Part shown: positions 18,659-28,501 of the stretch, one piece after another | How the letters are laid out: each line of letters starts with the position of its first letter | Position numbering within the stretch: the stretch's first letter is position 1 | Sequence record: SRR31156797_21721 | Length of the DNA stretch: 40,678 nucleotides | Reading direction: 5' to 3' (one strand) | Notes under the pieces: model-generated | Told to the model about the DNA's origin: nothing | The model's input: the letters and a program-made list of their open reading frames with translations, nothing else | Database searches by the model: none | Program-made: the position numbers and the translations under genes

Positions 18659-18711
18659 CAATGGTCCAGGTGCAAAATAATTCTCAGATGAAAGATAGGA
18701 ATGATGCAATC

Positions 18712-19074
18712 ATGATGAAAAAAGGACATATGACACCAGAAGCCTATTTAAAAAATTACAGCGAACTTTGTTACTTGCAGGAATTTCCCCTAATCAAACA
18801 AGTATGTACAGAGTTGCAAACACGATTCAAAGAAATTTGCTATACCGAGTACGATAATGTGCTACAACAAATGGCGGATTTGCTAGAAATCGATGCCCAA
18901 CTGCAAATGTTTTTAGATTTTTTCCGACACGACTTTTTTAAAGAAATCGAATTAGCAGAAGAAGAGATCGTCGAAATGATCAAAAAGGACAAAAATGTCT
19001 ATTACCGACAAATGGCAGGGATCGGCACAAACCAGAAAGCGCCCCATGGCTTGATTTATCTCAGCGAGAAATGA
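18712..19074 (+). CDS. Hypothetical helical acidic protein; start uncertain, ORF open from 18661
   Basis: ORF directly after Mga paralogue 2 with plausible composition; AGGA lies upstream of the ATG at 18712. Confidence 0.65.
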   Translation: MMKKGHMTPEAYLKNYSELCYLQEFPLIKQVCTELQTRFKEICYTEYDNVLQQMADLLEIDAQLQMFLDFFRHDFFKEIELAEEEIVEMIKKDKNVYYRQMAGIGTNQKAPHGLIYLSEK

Positions 19075-19099
19075 ACACTGTGATCGCTGAGATAAATCA
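19052..19099. repeat. Perfect 16-bp inverted repeat spanning the stop codon of the hypothetical gene
   Basis: TGATTTATCTCAGCGA (19052-19067) / TCGCTGAGATAAATCA (19084-19099). Confidence 0.8.
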
Positions 19100-19201
19100 G
19101 AGTGTCAACCACTCGTTGGGTAAGAATGGTTTTTATAAAATAACACTTCGAAATGCTTTGTGACCGTAATGATTCCACAAGATAGTGTCTAGCAAGTTGA
19201 C

Positions 19202-20095
19202 TTACGCATTGTCCAACACAACCAGACGCAAGATCCGTGGATTGATTTGATTAAGTAATCGATTCCAATCTGTCGCATCTGGAAACGATTTTAGAAGAAC
19301 GCATTCTACTTCCAGTAAGTATTCTGTCGTATACTCCGAATAATTGGTGACTAATAGATCAATTTGCTTTTCTTTTAAATAGGTTGGAGAGAGTTCACTG
19401 GCATTAGGATAATACAATGTATGGAAGCGACCCAAATATTTTCGCACGATACTTTCGGCATATTCACAAACATATTCGTTTCCTTCAAAAATCACGGCGA
19501 TCGTCCGTTGTGATCCCCAATTTTCTTCTTTGATCGCTTCCATATGAATCGTTAAGCTGGCACAGAAATCGTCAAGATAGGAGGATGAATACAGCTTTTT
19601 GACTAGCTTGTGTTTTGCCAAAAATGCATAGTTTCTCTTATATTCGTAGGAAAACTTCTCTTTGACGAATTGCGTAAGATCGTCAATATTGACATTCATG
19701 ATGGGCGAGAGCATATCGCGTATTTTCACAATCGTAAAAAATGATTCTAACCAGTGTAAATCTTTTTGTTCATCATAGGAATTGCCTTGATTTAGGGCAT
19801 AGAAATCTTTTGTCACTTGTTGGATCTCAGGCCAGCGATTATACTTTCGGCAAAATTCTTCGATCGAAGGATGATTGATTTTTCGGCGACAGATGAGACA
19901 AAGTAACAAATAAATGATTTCGTCCTCTGGCAGATGGTAATGAAAATAGGAATAAAGGATCTCTCTTAATGTATCTGGAGCAATCAATGAATGATAAGCA
20001 TAAAAGATGTCCTTTAGTTCAGGTGAAAGTTCGACTTGTAACCCTTTCTTGCTGCGTTCCAGTGTAATGTAGAGAATATAGGAAAAGATTGAATA
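19202..20095 (-). pseudogene. 5'-truncated Mga-like regulator (paralogue 3) lacking both HTH domains
   Basis: Similarity to the other paralogues begins only at SIFSYILYITLER, about residue 200 of intact copies. It retains IAVIFEGN, DLLVTNYSEY and PDATDW. Upstream sequence belongs to the opposite-strand WxL gene. Confidence 0.85.
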
Positions 20096-21507
20096 CGGAG
20101 ACATTTGGCAATCAGGGACTGACAGCGTACTCTCGCGTAAGTTCAAACAATGCGCGTTGGGCGATCGTCGATGAGTTACGGGTGCCGACGAATTCGGACA
20201 AAAAAATTCATGGGCGAGTCAGCTTGCCTGTTGGTTTTGATGGCACTCGCCCTGCTTGGGATGATGAAGCGAAAGTGACCGTTGAAATTGAAACAGCAGA
20301 TGGTGAGAAGGAAGAAGTCACTGCAAAAACCGTCGGACATACAGAAGAAACACCGGGGATCAGTATCTATGGAGAAGAGGCGCAAGGAGGGATTTTTGAG
20401 ATTCCTCTTGAGGCTCCTTTGGAAGCAGGAACCATCGTCCGAGTCATCGCTGTCGAATTAACCAGCGGCGAACTGACAGAAGGTGCCCAACATCAAATAC
20501 GGACCGAGTCTGTGCAGGTTTTCCCTATTTTGCCGCCAACGCCCGCAGCTTTTGCTTCCTACGTACTTCTTGAAGAAACAACTGAGATCCATGGCCACAC
20601 GGAAGACAAAGAGGTTGAGCTAAGTGCTGCACATAATGGCGCCTGGTTTGATACAGAGGCGGTGGTTATCGATGAAGATGGAACATTTACGATTGATGTA
20701 AGTGATCGGCAGTTAAAAGCGGGGGATGAGATCCAAGTCTTTCTGAAAGATTCTGCTGCTTCGGCAAAAGAAGCTGGAGTGATCAATCCGCCGACAACGA
20801 ATGGCGAACACGGCAATCAGAATCCAGCCTCAGAAGTTGTTTTTCGGGACGCTGTGTTTCCCGCTGCAACTACCCTGCGAATCGCCCAGACTGGACCACT
20901 GCCACCGGTTGATCCATTAGAACCGGATGTAGAAGTGAATCCAGAAAATCCGTCGGTCATTCCTGAGAACCAAGGGTTGCTCAGTCTTGATTTTGTTTCC
21001 CAGTTCCGATTTGGTCAGGTGCCGATCCGCAGTGCCAAAGGAACGTATCACGCACTGCCTCAGCATATGAATCTTGCCGAAGGGGCAACCGAAACTAAGG
21101 AACGTCCGAATTATGTGCAAATCACGGATCAGCGTAACGATGCAGAAGAGACGAGTTGGCGTTTATCGGCGACTCTTGATTCGCAGGGCTTCCAAAATGA
21201 AGACAATGAGCCCTTGATCGGTGCTCAAATCAGCTTAGCCAATCAACGGCTTATGACGACCTCAGCAAATTCCAATGCCAGTATGCCAGAGCTTTCCACG
21301 GTGAATGATAGTGTAACTTTGACGCCAGGTGAAGCGCAGCCTCTACTAACTGGCGACAGTCAGAGTACGGGAACATGGGTCTATCGTTTTGGTGATCAAG
21401 AGACGGCAGCCACCAGTGTCGCCTTGGAAGTGTCTGCTGGTGCAAATACCAAGTTGGGATGGTACCGTGCAACGATTGAATGGTCGTTAAGTAGTGTGCC
21501 AGAGTGA
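20089..21507 (+). pseudogene. 5'-truncated large WxL-domain surface protein
   Basis: PPVDPLEP..EVNPEN linker, LSLDFVSQF.FG, RPNYVQITDQR, WRL and terminal IEWSL motifs. It has no signal peptide and no convincing RBS at the TTG. Confidence 0.8.
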
Positions 21508-23034
21508 AGAAAGAATACTAGTCGGCAATAAGAAACGAATGGAAAAGGTGCTTTTTTCGATGTTTCGCAACGCAAAATTATGGATGATTTTTGGGTTGAT
21601 GATTTTCAAGAAATTGTTCCAATCATCTGCATCTGGGATCGATTTTATCAGGAGGCATTCAACATCTAAAATATACTCTTCCAAATACTCTGCGTAATTC
21701 GTCACGACTAGATCAATCTTGTTTCGTTCCACATAATCCAAAGAAAACTCACTGGAATCAGGAAATTGCAAAATATGATATCGACCAAAATATTTTACGG
21801 CAAAAGCATTGATGTGAAGACAAATATGCGCATCCCCTTCTAAAAGAAAGGCGATTCGGCGTGGGTTGCCCCAGTATTTTTCTTTTAATCCTTAAAAGTA
21901 TAAAGTGAAGCGGGCACTGATTGCTGACAGAGCGGTTGCTTCAAAGAGGGGCTGCCTAAAAAGAAACTCTGTATTTTCCTCATACTCTTTAGGGTATTGC
22001 GTTTGTGCATAACTGGAAATTTCTTCCATACTTAGATTATAGGTAGGGGAAATCAGCTGTTTTATTTTTTCTGTTATAAAGAAAGAATGGAGAAAAACAA
22101 ACTCTCGGGACTGATCATGATCGGAAATCTGATGGAGCTGGCAAAAATTGGCAGTCAGTTCTTTTAGCTCAGGCCAATGGTCAAAGCGGTTAACAAATGA
22201 TATTTCCCTGAGATAGTTGTTTATCCCACGGTTACTTGCTAGTAGAGCGAAAAGGTAGACCAGCTCCTCTGACGGTAAAGACAAGGAAAAAGCCGTTTGG
22301 AGTCGTTGATTGAGGGGCTGGATTTCTTGGAAGAGCTCATCTGCCAAGACGATCTTTTTTAATTGATCGGAGACAATGACAGTTTCTCCTGCTTGAGTAC
22401 GCTCAAGGACAATATACAACCAATAACTGATATACCAAAATGAAGCCGTATTATTGGTTTTGCCGCGTATATTTCGAAAAAAATCTAAGACGATGTTTTG
22501 TACAGCGATCGTTGGACGTACCGTATGAGGCGTAGCGTCTGACTCATAATAAAAGGTATGAAAAAATTTGCGAATATCCGCTTCTGATCCGATCAGACGG
22601 AAATTCTTATGATCAACAGATAACTGAAAGGGCCTCAGGGCTTTTTCAAAAAGCGTTAAATAGCGTAAAAGGGAACTTTCAGAAAGATAAAAATAGTCTG
22701 CCCATTCGGAAACTGTCCGATATTCTCCCTTAAACAGATGCTCAAGAATAACGAATAACGGTTCATTCTGAAGGAGCGCTCGTTTTCGTTCAAGATATTC
22801 CTTCGGTAGTAATTCGTGAAGAGAATAGCCATTCGACGTGGATTCGATCATTAGCGTACTTCCAAAGTAGCTCCGTAGCCCCTCCATATCATAAATGATC
22901 GTGCGCCGCGAACTCTGGACAGCTTTTGATAATTCACGATTCGAAAGGGTCTTATGCCGTTCCAAGAGATTCAATAGTTTCAACCAACGAATGGTGGTAG
23001 TAGAAGTAATAAACGTCATCTGAAAATTTTTCAT
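21487..23034 (-). pseudogene. Mga-like regulator (paralogue 4) interrupted by one in-frame TAA at 21892-21894
   Basis: Reading continues in frame: FTLYF*GLKEKYWGNPRRIAFLLEGDAHIC...DLVVTNYAEY. The ATG at 23034 follows GGGAG. Confidence 0.88.
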
Positions 23035-23132
23035 TCGTAACACTCCCATATGGTCTGTTTGGTGGATCGTCTCTCACGTCTGATTATGGAATATGGATAC
23101 TGGCAAGGCAAGGGAAAGGTTTTTGGTAGGTA

Positions 23133-23161
23133 ACAAGTGTTTCTTGTACAGGAACACTTGT
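23133..23161. promoter_or_regulatory. Palindrome upstream of Mga paralogue 4; possible operator
   Basis: ACAAGTGTT (23133-23141) / AACACTTGT (23153-23161). Confidence 0.35.
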
Positions 23162-23187
23162 GCTACTTAGGGATGAAAAGCAAATAA

Positions 23188-23238
23188 CCGAAAAGTCCAA
23201 CGATTCGTCATAGACATCGTTGGACCTTTCGGCTTTTT
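23188..23238. terminator. Terminator-like hairpin downstream of the ABC operon
   Basis: CCGAAAAGTCCAACGAT...ATCGTTGGACCTTTCGG. Confidence 0.7.
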
Positions 23239-23240
23239 CA

Positions 23241-25025
23241 TCAAGCTGTTGCAAACTGGCTGTTATATAGTTGGGCGTAAAGGGAATCTTGTGCCAGCAA
23301 TTGAGTATGGGAGCCTTTTTCGACGACGGAGCCGTCTTTCATCACTAGAATCAAGTCGGCATTTTTGATGGTAGAAAGACGATGGGCGATGATAAAACTG
23401 GTCCTTCCTTGGGTCAAACGATCCATTGCCGTTTGGATCATTTGTTCCGTCCGAGTGTCGACACTGGAGGTGGCTTCATCAAGGATCAGGATCGTTGGGT
23501 CCGCTAAAATCGCCCGGGCGATCGTCAATAATTGTTGTTGTCCTTGAGACAGTTCGCTTTCGGAGCTAATGACGGTATCGTAACCGTTGGGCAGGGTCCG
23601 CACGAAGTGGTCGCATTGGGCGGCTTTGGCTGCAGCCAAGATGTCTTCCCGAGTGGCATCGGGATTGCCATATGCGATATTTTCAGCAATGGTTCCTTGG
23701 AACAGCCATGTATCCTGCAGCACCATACCGAATTTTTTCCGTACTGCCGGTGCCGAAAAGGACATCATGTCTTGATCGTCCAGCAAAATCTTTCCACCGT
23801 TCAAAGGATAAAAGCGCATCAAAAGATTGATCATGGTGGTTTTTCCAGCGCCTGTTGGTCCGACGATCGCAACCGTTTGTTTTGGTTTGACGGAAAATTC
23901 GACGTTTTCCATCAGGAGTTTTTCCTTGTTGTAGCCGAAGGAGACGTGTTGGAAATCGATTTTTCCTTTGATGGTTTGCGGTACCGGCAGTTGCTGGGTC
24001 GCTGTTTCTTCTTCAGGATAATCAAGGATCTCAAAAATTCGTTCGAGAGATGCTAAGGCACTTTGCAAGGTATTCATAATATAAGAAGCTTGCGTGATCG
24101 GTTCAGACACTTGGTTGATGTATTGCAGATAGGCTTGTACAAGACCAATGGATAATTGCCCTTGCAACACCATCAGACCACCAACGACGGCGCTTAAGAT
24201 AAAGCCGATTTGATTGATAAAGCGCACGAAAGGATTGATCGCTGCACTGACGAACTGTGCTTTCCGAAAAGCTTTAAATTGAGCTTCGCTCAATTCCGCC
24301 ATTTCCGCTTCAACGGCAATTTGCTGGTTGTAGGATTTGATCAGCGGATTTGCGGTATAAAACTCTTCCGCACGACTGCTGACTGCACCTAATGTTTCTT
24401 GGTTTTTGGTAAAGTAGCTCAAGTTTTTTCGTGCGAGAACGGTGGTCACAAAAGCACTCAAAAGCAAAATCAGGACCACACCGATCGTCAGTAATGGGCT
24501 GAGATAAAGCATGGCGATCAAGCCGAAGGTAATGCTGATGGTTGCGGTGATCAGCTGCATCAAACCGACTTGTAAGACTTCGGACACTTTATCTAAATCG
24601 AGAATCACTCGGCTTAAAATATCGCCGGTATGATGTTTGTCGTAAAAACTGATAGGCAGGCGATTGAATTTGTCACTGATTTGTTTGCGTAAAGTCAAGG
24701 TCAGGGTTTCACTGACACTGGCCATCGTATACTCTTGTAGCAAGGAAAAGAGACTGATCAAAAGCCATGTTCCCGCTAATAGGACGACCGGGCCTAAAAT
24801 ACTTTGCCAAAAATCATTGATTTGCCAGCCTTCTTGTTGAAACAAGGCGATCAGATTATCCAGTCCACGTCCCAAGATCAAAGGGGCGATGGACATTAGT
24901 AAGGAAAAGAACAAGGCAGAGACGATGATCAGCAGAAAGCGGGCTTTTTGTTCCATTAGTAATCGAAGTAGGCGCCGGCTTGTATGTTTCATGTTTTTTG
25001 GTGTATCCATTGTTTGTTTACTCAT
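23241..25025 (-). CDS. ABC exporter half-transporter (TMD-NBD), subunit with consensus catalytic residues
   Basis: GPTGAGKTT, VLQD, LSQGQ, ILDEATSSVD, IAHRLST; N-terminal TM domain. Confidence 0.93.
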   Translation of the reverse strand: MSKQTMDTPKNMKHTSRRLLRLLMEQKARFLLIIVSALFFSLLMSIAPLILGRGLDNLIALFQQEGWQINDFWQSILGPVVLLAGTWLLISLFSLLQEYTMASVSETLTLTLRKQISDKFNRLPISFYDKHHTGDILSRVILDLDKVSEVLQVGLMQLITATISITFGLIAMLYLSPLLTIGVVLILLLSAFVTTVLARKNLSYFTKNQETLGAVSSRAEEFYTANPLIKSYNQQIAVEAEMAELSEAQFKAFRKAQFVSAAINPFVRFINQIGFILSAVVGGLMVLQGQLSIGLVQAYLQYINQVSEPITQASYIMNTLQSALASLERIFEILDYPEEETATQQLPVPQTIKGKIDFQHVSFGYNKEKLLMENVEFSVKPKQTVAIVGPTGAGKTTMINLLMRFYPLNGGKILLDDQDMMSFSAPAVRKKFGMVLQDTWLFQGTIAENIAYGNPDATREDILAAAKAAQCDHFVRTLPNGYDTVISSESELSQGQQQLLTIARAILADPTILILDEATSSVDTRTEQMIQTAMDRLTQGRTSFIIAHRLSTIKNADLILVMKDGSVVEKGSHTQLLAQDSLYAQLYNSQFATA

Positions 25026-26751
25026 CCTTCATTCCTCCCATTCCTTGAGATGAGGCAAACTCTTGATAAGTTTGGCAAGTGCGTAATAATTCTTCGTGGG
25101 TTCCATTACCGACCATTTTGCCGTTATCCAAGACAATGATTTGATCGGCATTTTTGACGGTCGATACCCGTTGAGCCACGATAATGACGGCGGCATCTTT
25201 CGTGTATTCTTTCAATGCACGCCGCAAGTTGGCGTCTGTTTGATAATCCAAAGCAGAAAAGCTGTCGTCAAAGAAGTAGATTTCTGCGGGCTTTGTCAGC
25301 GCTCGGGCAATACTCAATCGTTGCTTTTGACCGCCAGAGAAATTGCTGCCTTTTTGAGCAACCGGACTTTCATAACCTTCAGGCAAGCCTTCAATAAATG
25401 ACTTGGCTTGAGCAACTTCAGCGGCTTTTGCCATCGCCTCATGGGTTGCTGGACGATTGCCGAAACGCAAGGTTTCTTGAATCGTGCCGCTAAGCAAGAG
25501 CGCTTTTTGCGGGACATAACTAATTTGGTCCCGTAATTCGGCTTGTGAGATCTCTTTGATGTTGCGGCCAAAAAGCGTGATCGAACCAGCAGTCACATCT
25601 TTGAAACGCAACAGCGCTTTGGCGATGGTGCTTTTGCCAGAGCCGGTTCCGCCAACGATCGCTGTCGTTTTGCCTCGGTGGATCTCGAAGCTGATATCTT
25701 CTAAGACAGGTTCTTCGGCGCCTTCATACGTAAATTGCACGTGATTGAAAGCGGCGATCGTTTCTGACAAGGCGGATTTTTTTAAGGTTTGGTCACCGTC
25801 AATCAAATCAATTGGTTCTTCTAAGACTTCTTCGATTCGTTGTAAGGAAGTCAAGCCTTTAGGCACCATCACGATCACCATCGCTGCCATGGTCAAAAAC
25901 CAAAGGCTCAAAATCGTGTATTCGATAATGGCAGTAATACTACCAATAGCTAGGTGGCCCTGAAGACTTTGATAGCCGCCGTAGACTAGGATGGTCGAAA
26001 TCGAGAGTCCCATTACTAAGTTGACGGTCGGATTCAAGACAGCAAAGAGGCGATTGACTTTAATCATGGTTTTCGCATATTCCGTCAAGGTTTGATCTGT
26101 CCGTTCTTTTTCGTAAGCCGCTTTGTCAAATGCCCGAATCACCCGAGCGCCGGTAAAGGTTTCTCGTAAGATCCGCATCATGTTATCGACTAGTTTTTGC
26201 GTGATTTGTGATAATGGGATCGCTTTGCGAATCACCCCATAAGCGATCATTGAAAAACATAGGATCGCTACGATTGGGACCCAAATCATCCGTAAAGAGA
26301 CGGTGCCGGTTAGAAAAATCGAAGCTGCGACGATCATTGGGGCTGGCAAAATCATTTGCAGCGCCATCATCAAAATTTGTTGGATGTTGTTGATGTCGCT
26401 GGTGGTACGTGCCAGCAAAGTGGGTGTACCATAGCCATCAACAGCGGATACAGAGAGTTCTTGTGTTTTTTTGAAAAAGCGCATCCGCAAAAAATGCCCG
26501 AATTTTCCTGAAAGGTGGGCAGATAAATAACTACCGCCTACCGAGACAATCACGGTGCCGATGGCAATGGCAAACATCCACCAGCCATTGTGCCAAATGG
26601 CCGTCGTGTCGACTTTTAAGATTCCTTCATCAATGATTTTTGCCAGAAAATACGGCAACAAGAGTGTGCCGAAGGATTGGACTAGCATCAAAAGAAATAA
26701 ACTGAAAAAGAAGCGTCGTTCTTCTTTATAAAATAACTGTAATTGTTTCAT
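25018..26751 (-). CDS. ABC exporter half-transporter (TMD-NBD), degenerate-site subunit
   Basis: GGTGSGKST, FSGGQKQR, FFDDSFSALD (D replacing catalytic E), VAQR (Q replacing switch H); heterodimeric multidrug-type exporter. Confidence 0.93.
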   Translation of the reverse strand: MKQLQLFYKEERRFFFSLFLLMLVQSFGTLLLPYFLAKIIDEGILKVDTTAIWHNGWWMFAIAIGTVIVSVGGSYLSAHLSGKFGHFLRMRFFKKTQELSVSAVDGYGTPTLLARTTSDINNIQQILMMALQMILPAPMIVAASIFLTGTVSLRMIWVPIVAILCFSMIAYGVIRKAIPLSQITQKLVDNMMRILRETFTGARVIRAFDKAAYEKERTDQTLTEYAKTMIKVNRLFAVLNPTVNLVMGLSISTILVYGGYQSLQGHLAIGSITAIIEYTILSLWFLTMAAMVIVMVPKGLTSLQRIEEVLEEPIDLIDGDQTLKKSALSETIAAFNHVQFTYEGAEEPVLEDISFEIHRGKTTAIVGGTGSGKSTIAKALLRFKDVTAGSITLFGRNIKEISQAELRDQISYVPQKALLLSGTIQETLRFGNRPATHEAMAKAAEVAQAKSFIEGLPEGYESPVAQKGSNFSGGQKQRLSIARALTKPAEIYFFDDSFSALDYQTDANLRRALKEYTKDAAVIIVAQRVSTVKNADQIIVLDNGKMVGNGTHEELLRTCQTYQEFASSQGMGGMKDE

Positions 26752-26781
26752 GATTTCCCTCCAAAAATGTCGTTCTATGGT

Positions 26782-26812
26782 AGAATAAACTGTAACGTTA
26801 CGTTACAGTCAA
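26782..26812 (-). promoter_or_regulatory. MerR-type promoter/operator for the ABC genes
   Basis: Minus strand reads TTGACT, 19-bp spacer, TATTCT. A perfect dyad ACTGTAACGT-T-ACGTTACAGT lies at 26789-26809. A plus-strand extended -10 TGGTAGAAT could serve the regulator gene. Confidence 0.88.
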
Positions 26813-26830
26813 GCAAGGAGTGAAATTTTT

Positions 26831-27661
26831 TTGAAAAAACAATTGACCATCAGTGAGATGTCCGCTTATGCTGGCGTGAGTCGGCGCACATTGATTTATT
26901 ATGATCAAATCGATTTGTTCAAACCGCAATCGATTGGTGAAAACAGCTATCGCTATTACGGCTTTGAACAATGCCTTGAGTTAGACGTGATTTTGATGTT
27001 GCGTTCTTTAGACATGCCCTTGCAAGACATTCGCCAATTTTTGAAAAACCGCAACCCGGAATACACGCAAAAGGAACTTGTGGAACGGCGAGGAGAAGTC
27101 CGTGACAAAATCGCTGCGCTACAAGAATTGGAACGAACCTTCGATCGCTACATCCAGCGCTATGAAAAAGTACAGAAAGCCGATTTTGAGACCTTTACGA
27201 TAGCGCAGCACGAAGCAGAGGCGTTTATCGTTTCCGAAGAGATCGCTGGCGATGATCCAGAATCTGCTTATCAAGTGTACGCCCGTTTTTATCCGCTAGT
27301 GGATTATAAAGATGCCTTCAGTGGCTATCCCATCGGCTTTTTAAGTGCAGGAACGACGTTGGAGGATCAGACTTTTCACGCATCGCCTTATCGGGCATTG
27401 ATCTTGATTCCCCAAGATCGGCTACATCTCTATCCGGAAAAGCTGATCATCACACGTCCCGCTGGTACGTATGTTTCTGGATTTGTCAGTGAGGGAGAAG
27501 AACAAATTGCCGCTTTTACCCACCGCATCCAAGCCTTTCTAAAAGAGAAGCAGTTGAAAATCGATGGCGATGTTTGGGAATTGTTATGGCAAGATGAAGT
27601 CTTTACCACACAAAAAGAATTGCAGATATTTGAAGTGATGGTTCCAGTGAAGCCCGAGTAA
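26831..27661 (+). CDS. MerR-family transcriptional regulator (BmrR/BltR-like, GyrI-like C-terminal domain)
   Basis: LTISEMS...GVSRRTLIYYDQIDLFKP...ENSYRYY; TTG start after AAGGAG. Confidence 0.92.
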   Translation: MKKQLTISEMSAYAGVSRRTLIYYDQIDLFKPQSIGENSYRYYGFEQCLELDVILMLRSLDMPLQDIRQFLKNRNPEYTQKELVERRGEVRDKIAALQELERTFDRYIQRYEKVQKADFETFTIAQHEAEAFIVSEEIAGDDPESAYQVYARFYPLVDYKDAFSGYPIGFLSAGTTLEDQTFHASPYRALILIPQDRLHLYPEKLIITRPAGTYVSGFVSEGEEQIAAFTHRIQAFLKEKQLKIDGDVWELLWQDEVFTTQKELQIFEVMVPVKPE

Positions 27662-27865
27662 TGGACGAGGCACGCGTATCTGTAAGAAACGAAAACTAAG
27701 ATACGCAATAGCAATGATTATTGCCGCTGGCTTTTCAATAGAAGCAAAGGAGATGACTAAGCCAGATCCCTTCCATACAAAAAGCCCTGTGAAGCGTTGA
27801 AATTCCCATTTTGCTTTTTTCTCGTTATACTTGAAAGAACAGATGAGAAAAAAGGGGAAATTTTA

Positions 27866-28501
27866 ATGAAAAAAGAAACAGGAATACGCTCGCTTTATGC
27901 GTTGATTGGTGTCGCCATTTTAGGATTCGGGGCGGCATTGCTGCGGGTCGGCGGAGTAGGGCTAGACCCATACACAGCAGCCAATATCGGTGTCGGCGAG
28001 CTGCTAGGGTTATCCCTTGGGGTCTATCAATTGATGATCAATATCGCTGTCCTAGTATTGATTTTTATCTTTGGCCGTCGTCATATCGGCATCGGGACGG
28101 TCATCAATATGGTGCTGACAGGATTTTTCATCGACTTTTATACCAACGTTTTTGATTGGTTATCCGTCGGTCCAAATAACTGGTGGCAGCAAGGCTTGTT
28201 CTTGTTGATCGGGATCATCTTCTTTACCTTCGGTGCTTCGTTTTATATGTCAGCGAATTTGGGTAGCGCCCCCTACGACGCGATCGCCCCAACCATCGTC
28301 GATCAGACGAAAGCCAACTATCGAGTGGTGCGGGTGATTCAAGACGTTGCCTTTGCCTTGATTGGGCTCTTCACAGGCGGGCCAATCGGGATCGGAACCT
28401 TCATCAGTGCCTTTTTAGTGGGCCCACTGATCAAATTCTGGGACAACCGTGTCTCTGAGCCATTCATCGAAAGCAGTGTCAAAAAAGCGATTTTTAAATA
28501 A
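27866..28501 (+). CDS. YczE/YyaS/YitT-family membrane protein
   Basis: GLDPY, IGIGT twice, LGSAPYD; ATG at 27866 follows AGGGG. Confidence 0.8.
   Translation: MKKETGIRSLYALIGVAILGFGAALLRVGGVGLDPYTAANIGVGELLGLSLGVYQLMINIAVLVLIFIFGRRHIGIGTVINMVLTGFFIDFYTNVFDWLSVGPNNWWQQGLFLLIGIIFFTFGASFYMSANLGSAPYDAIAPTIVDQTKANYRVVRVIQDVAFALIGLFTGGPIGIGTFISAFLVGPLIKFWDNRVSEPFIESSVKKAIFK

Noticed and set aside
20096-20146. ORF-track N-terminus MNLRESTLSVPDCQM of the 314-aa Mga ORF
   Set aside because: It is the antisense of WxL coding sequence beyond the breakpoint, not a real start.
21892-21894. Programmed readthrough or frameshift in Mga paralogue 4
   Set aside because: The codon is TAA, there is no frame change or recoding signal, and a simple nonsense mutation explains it.
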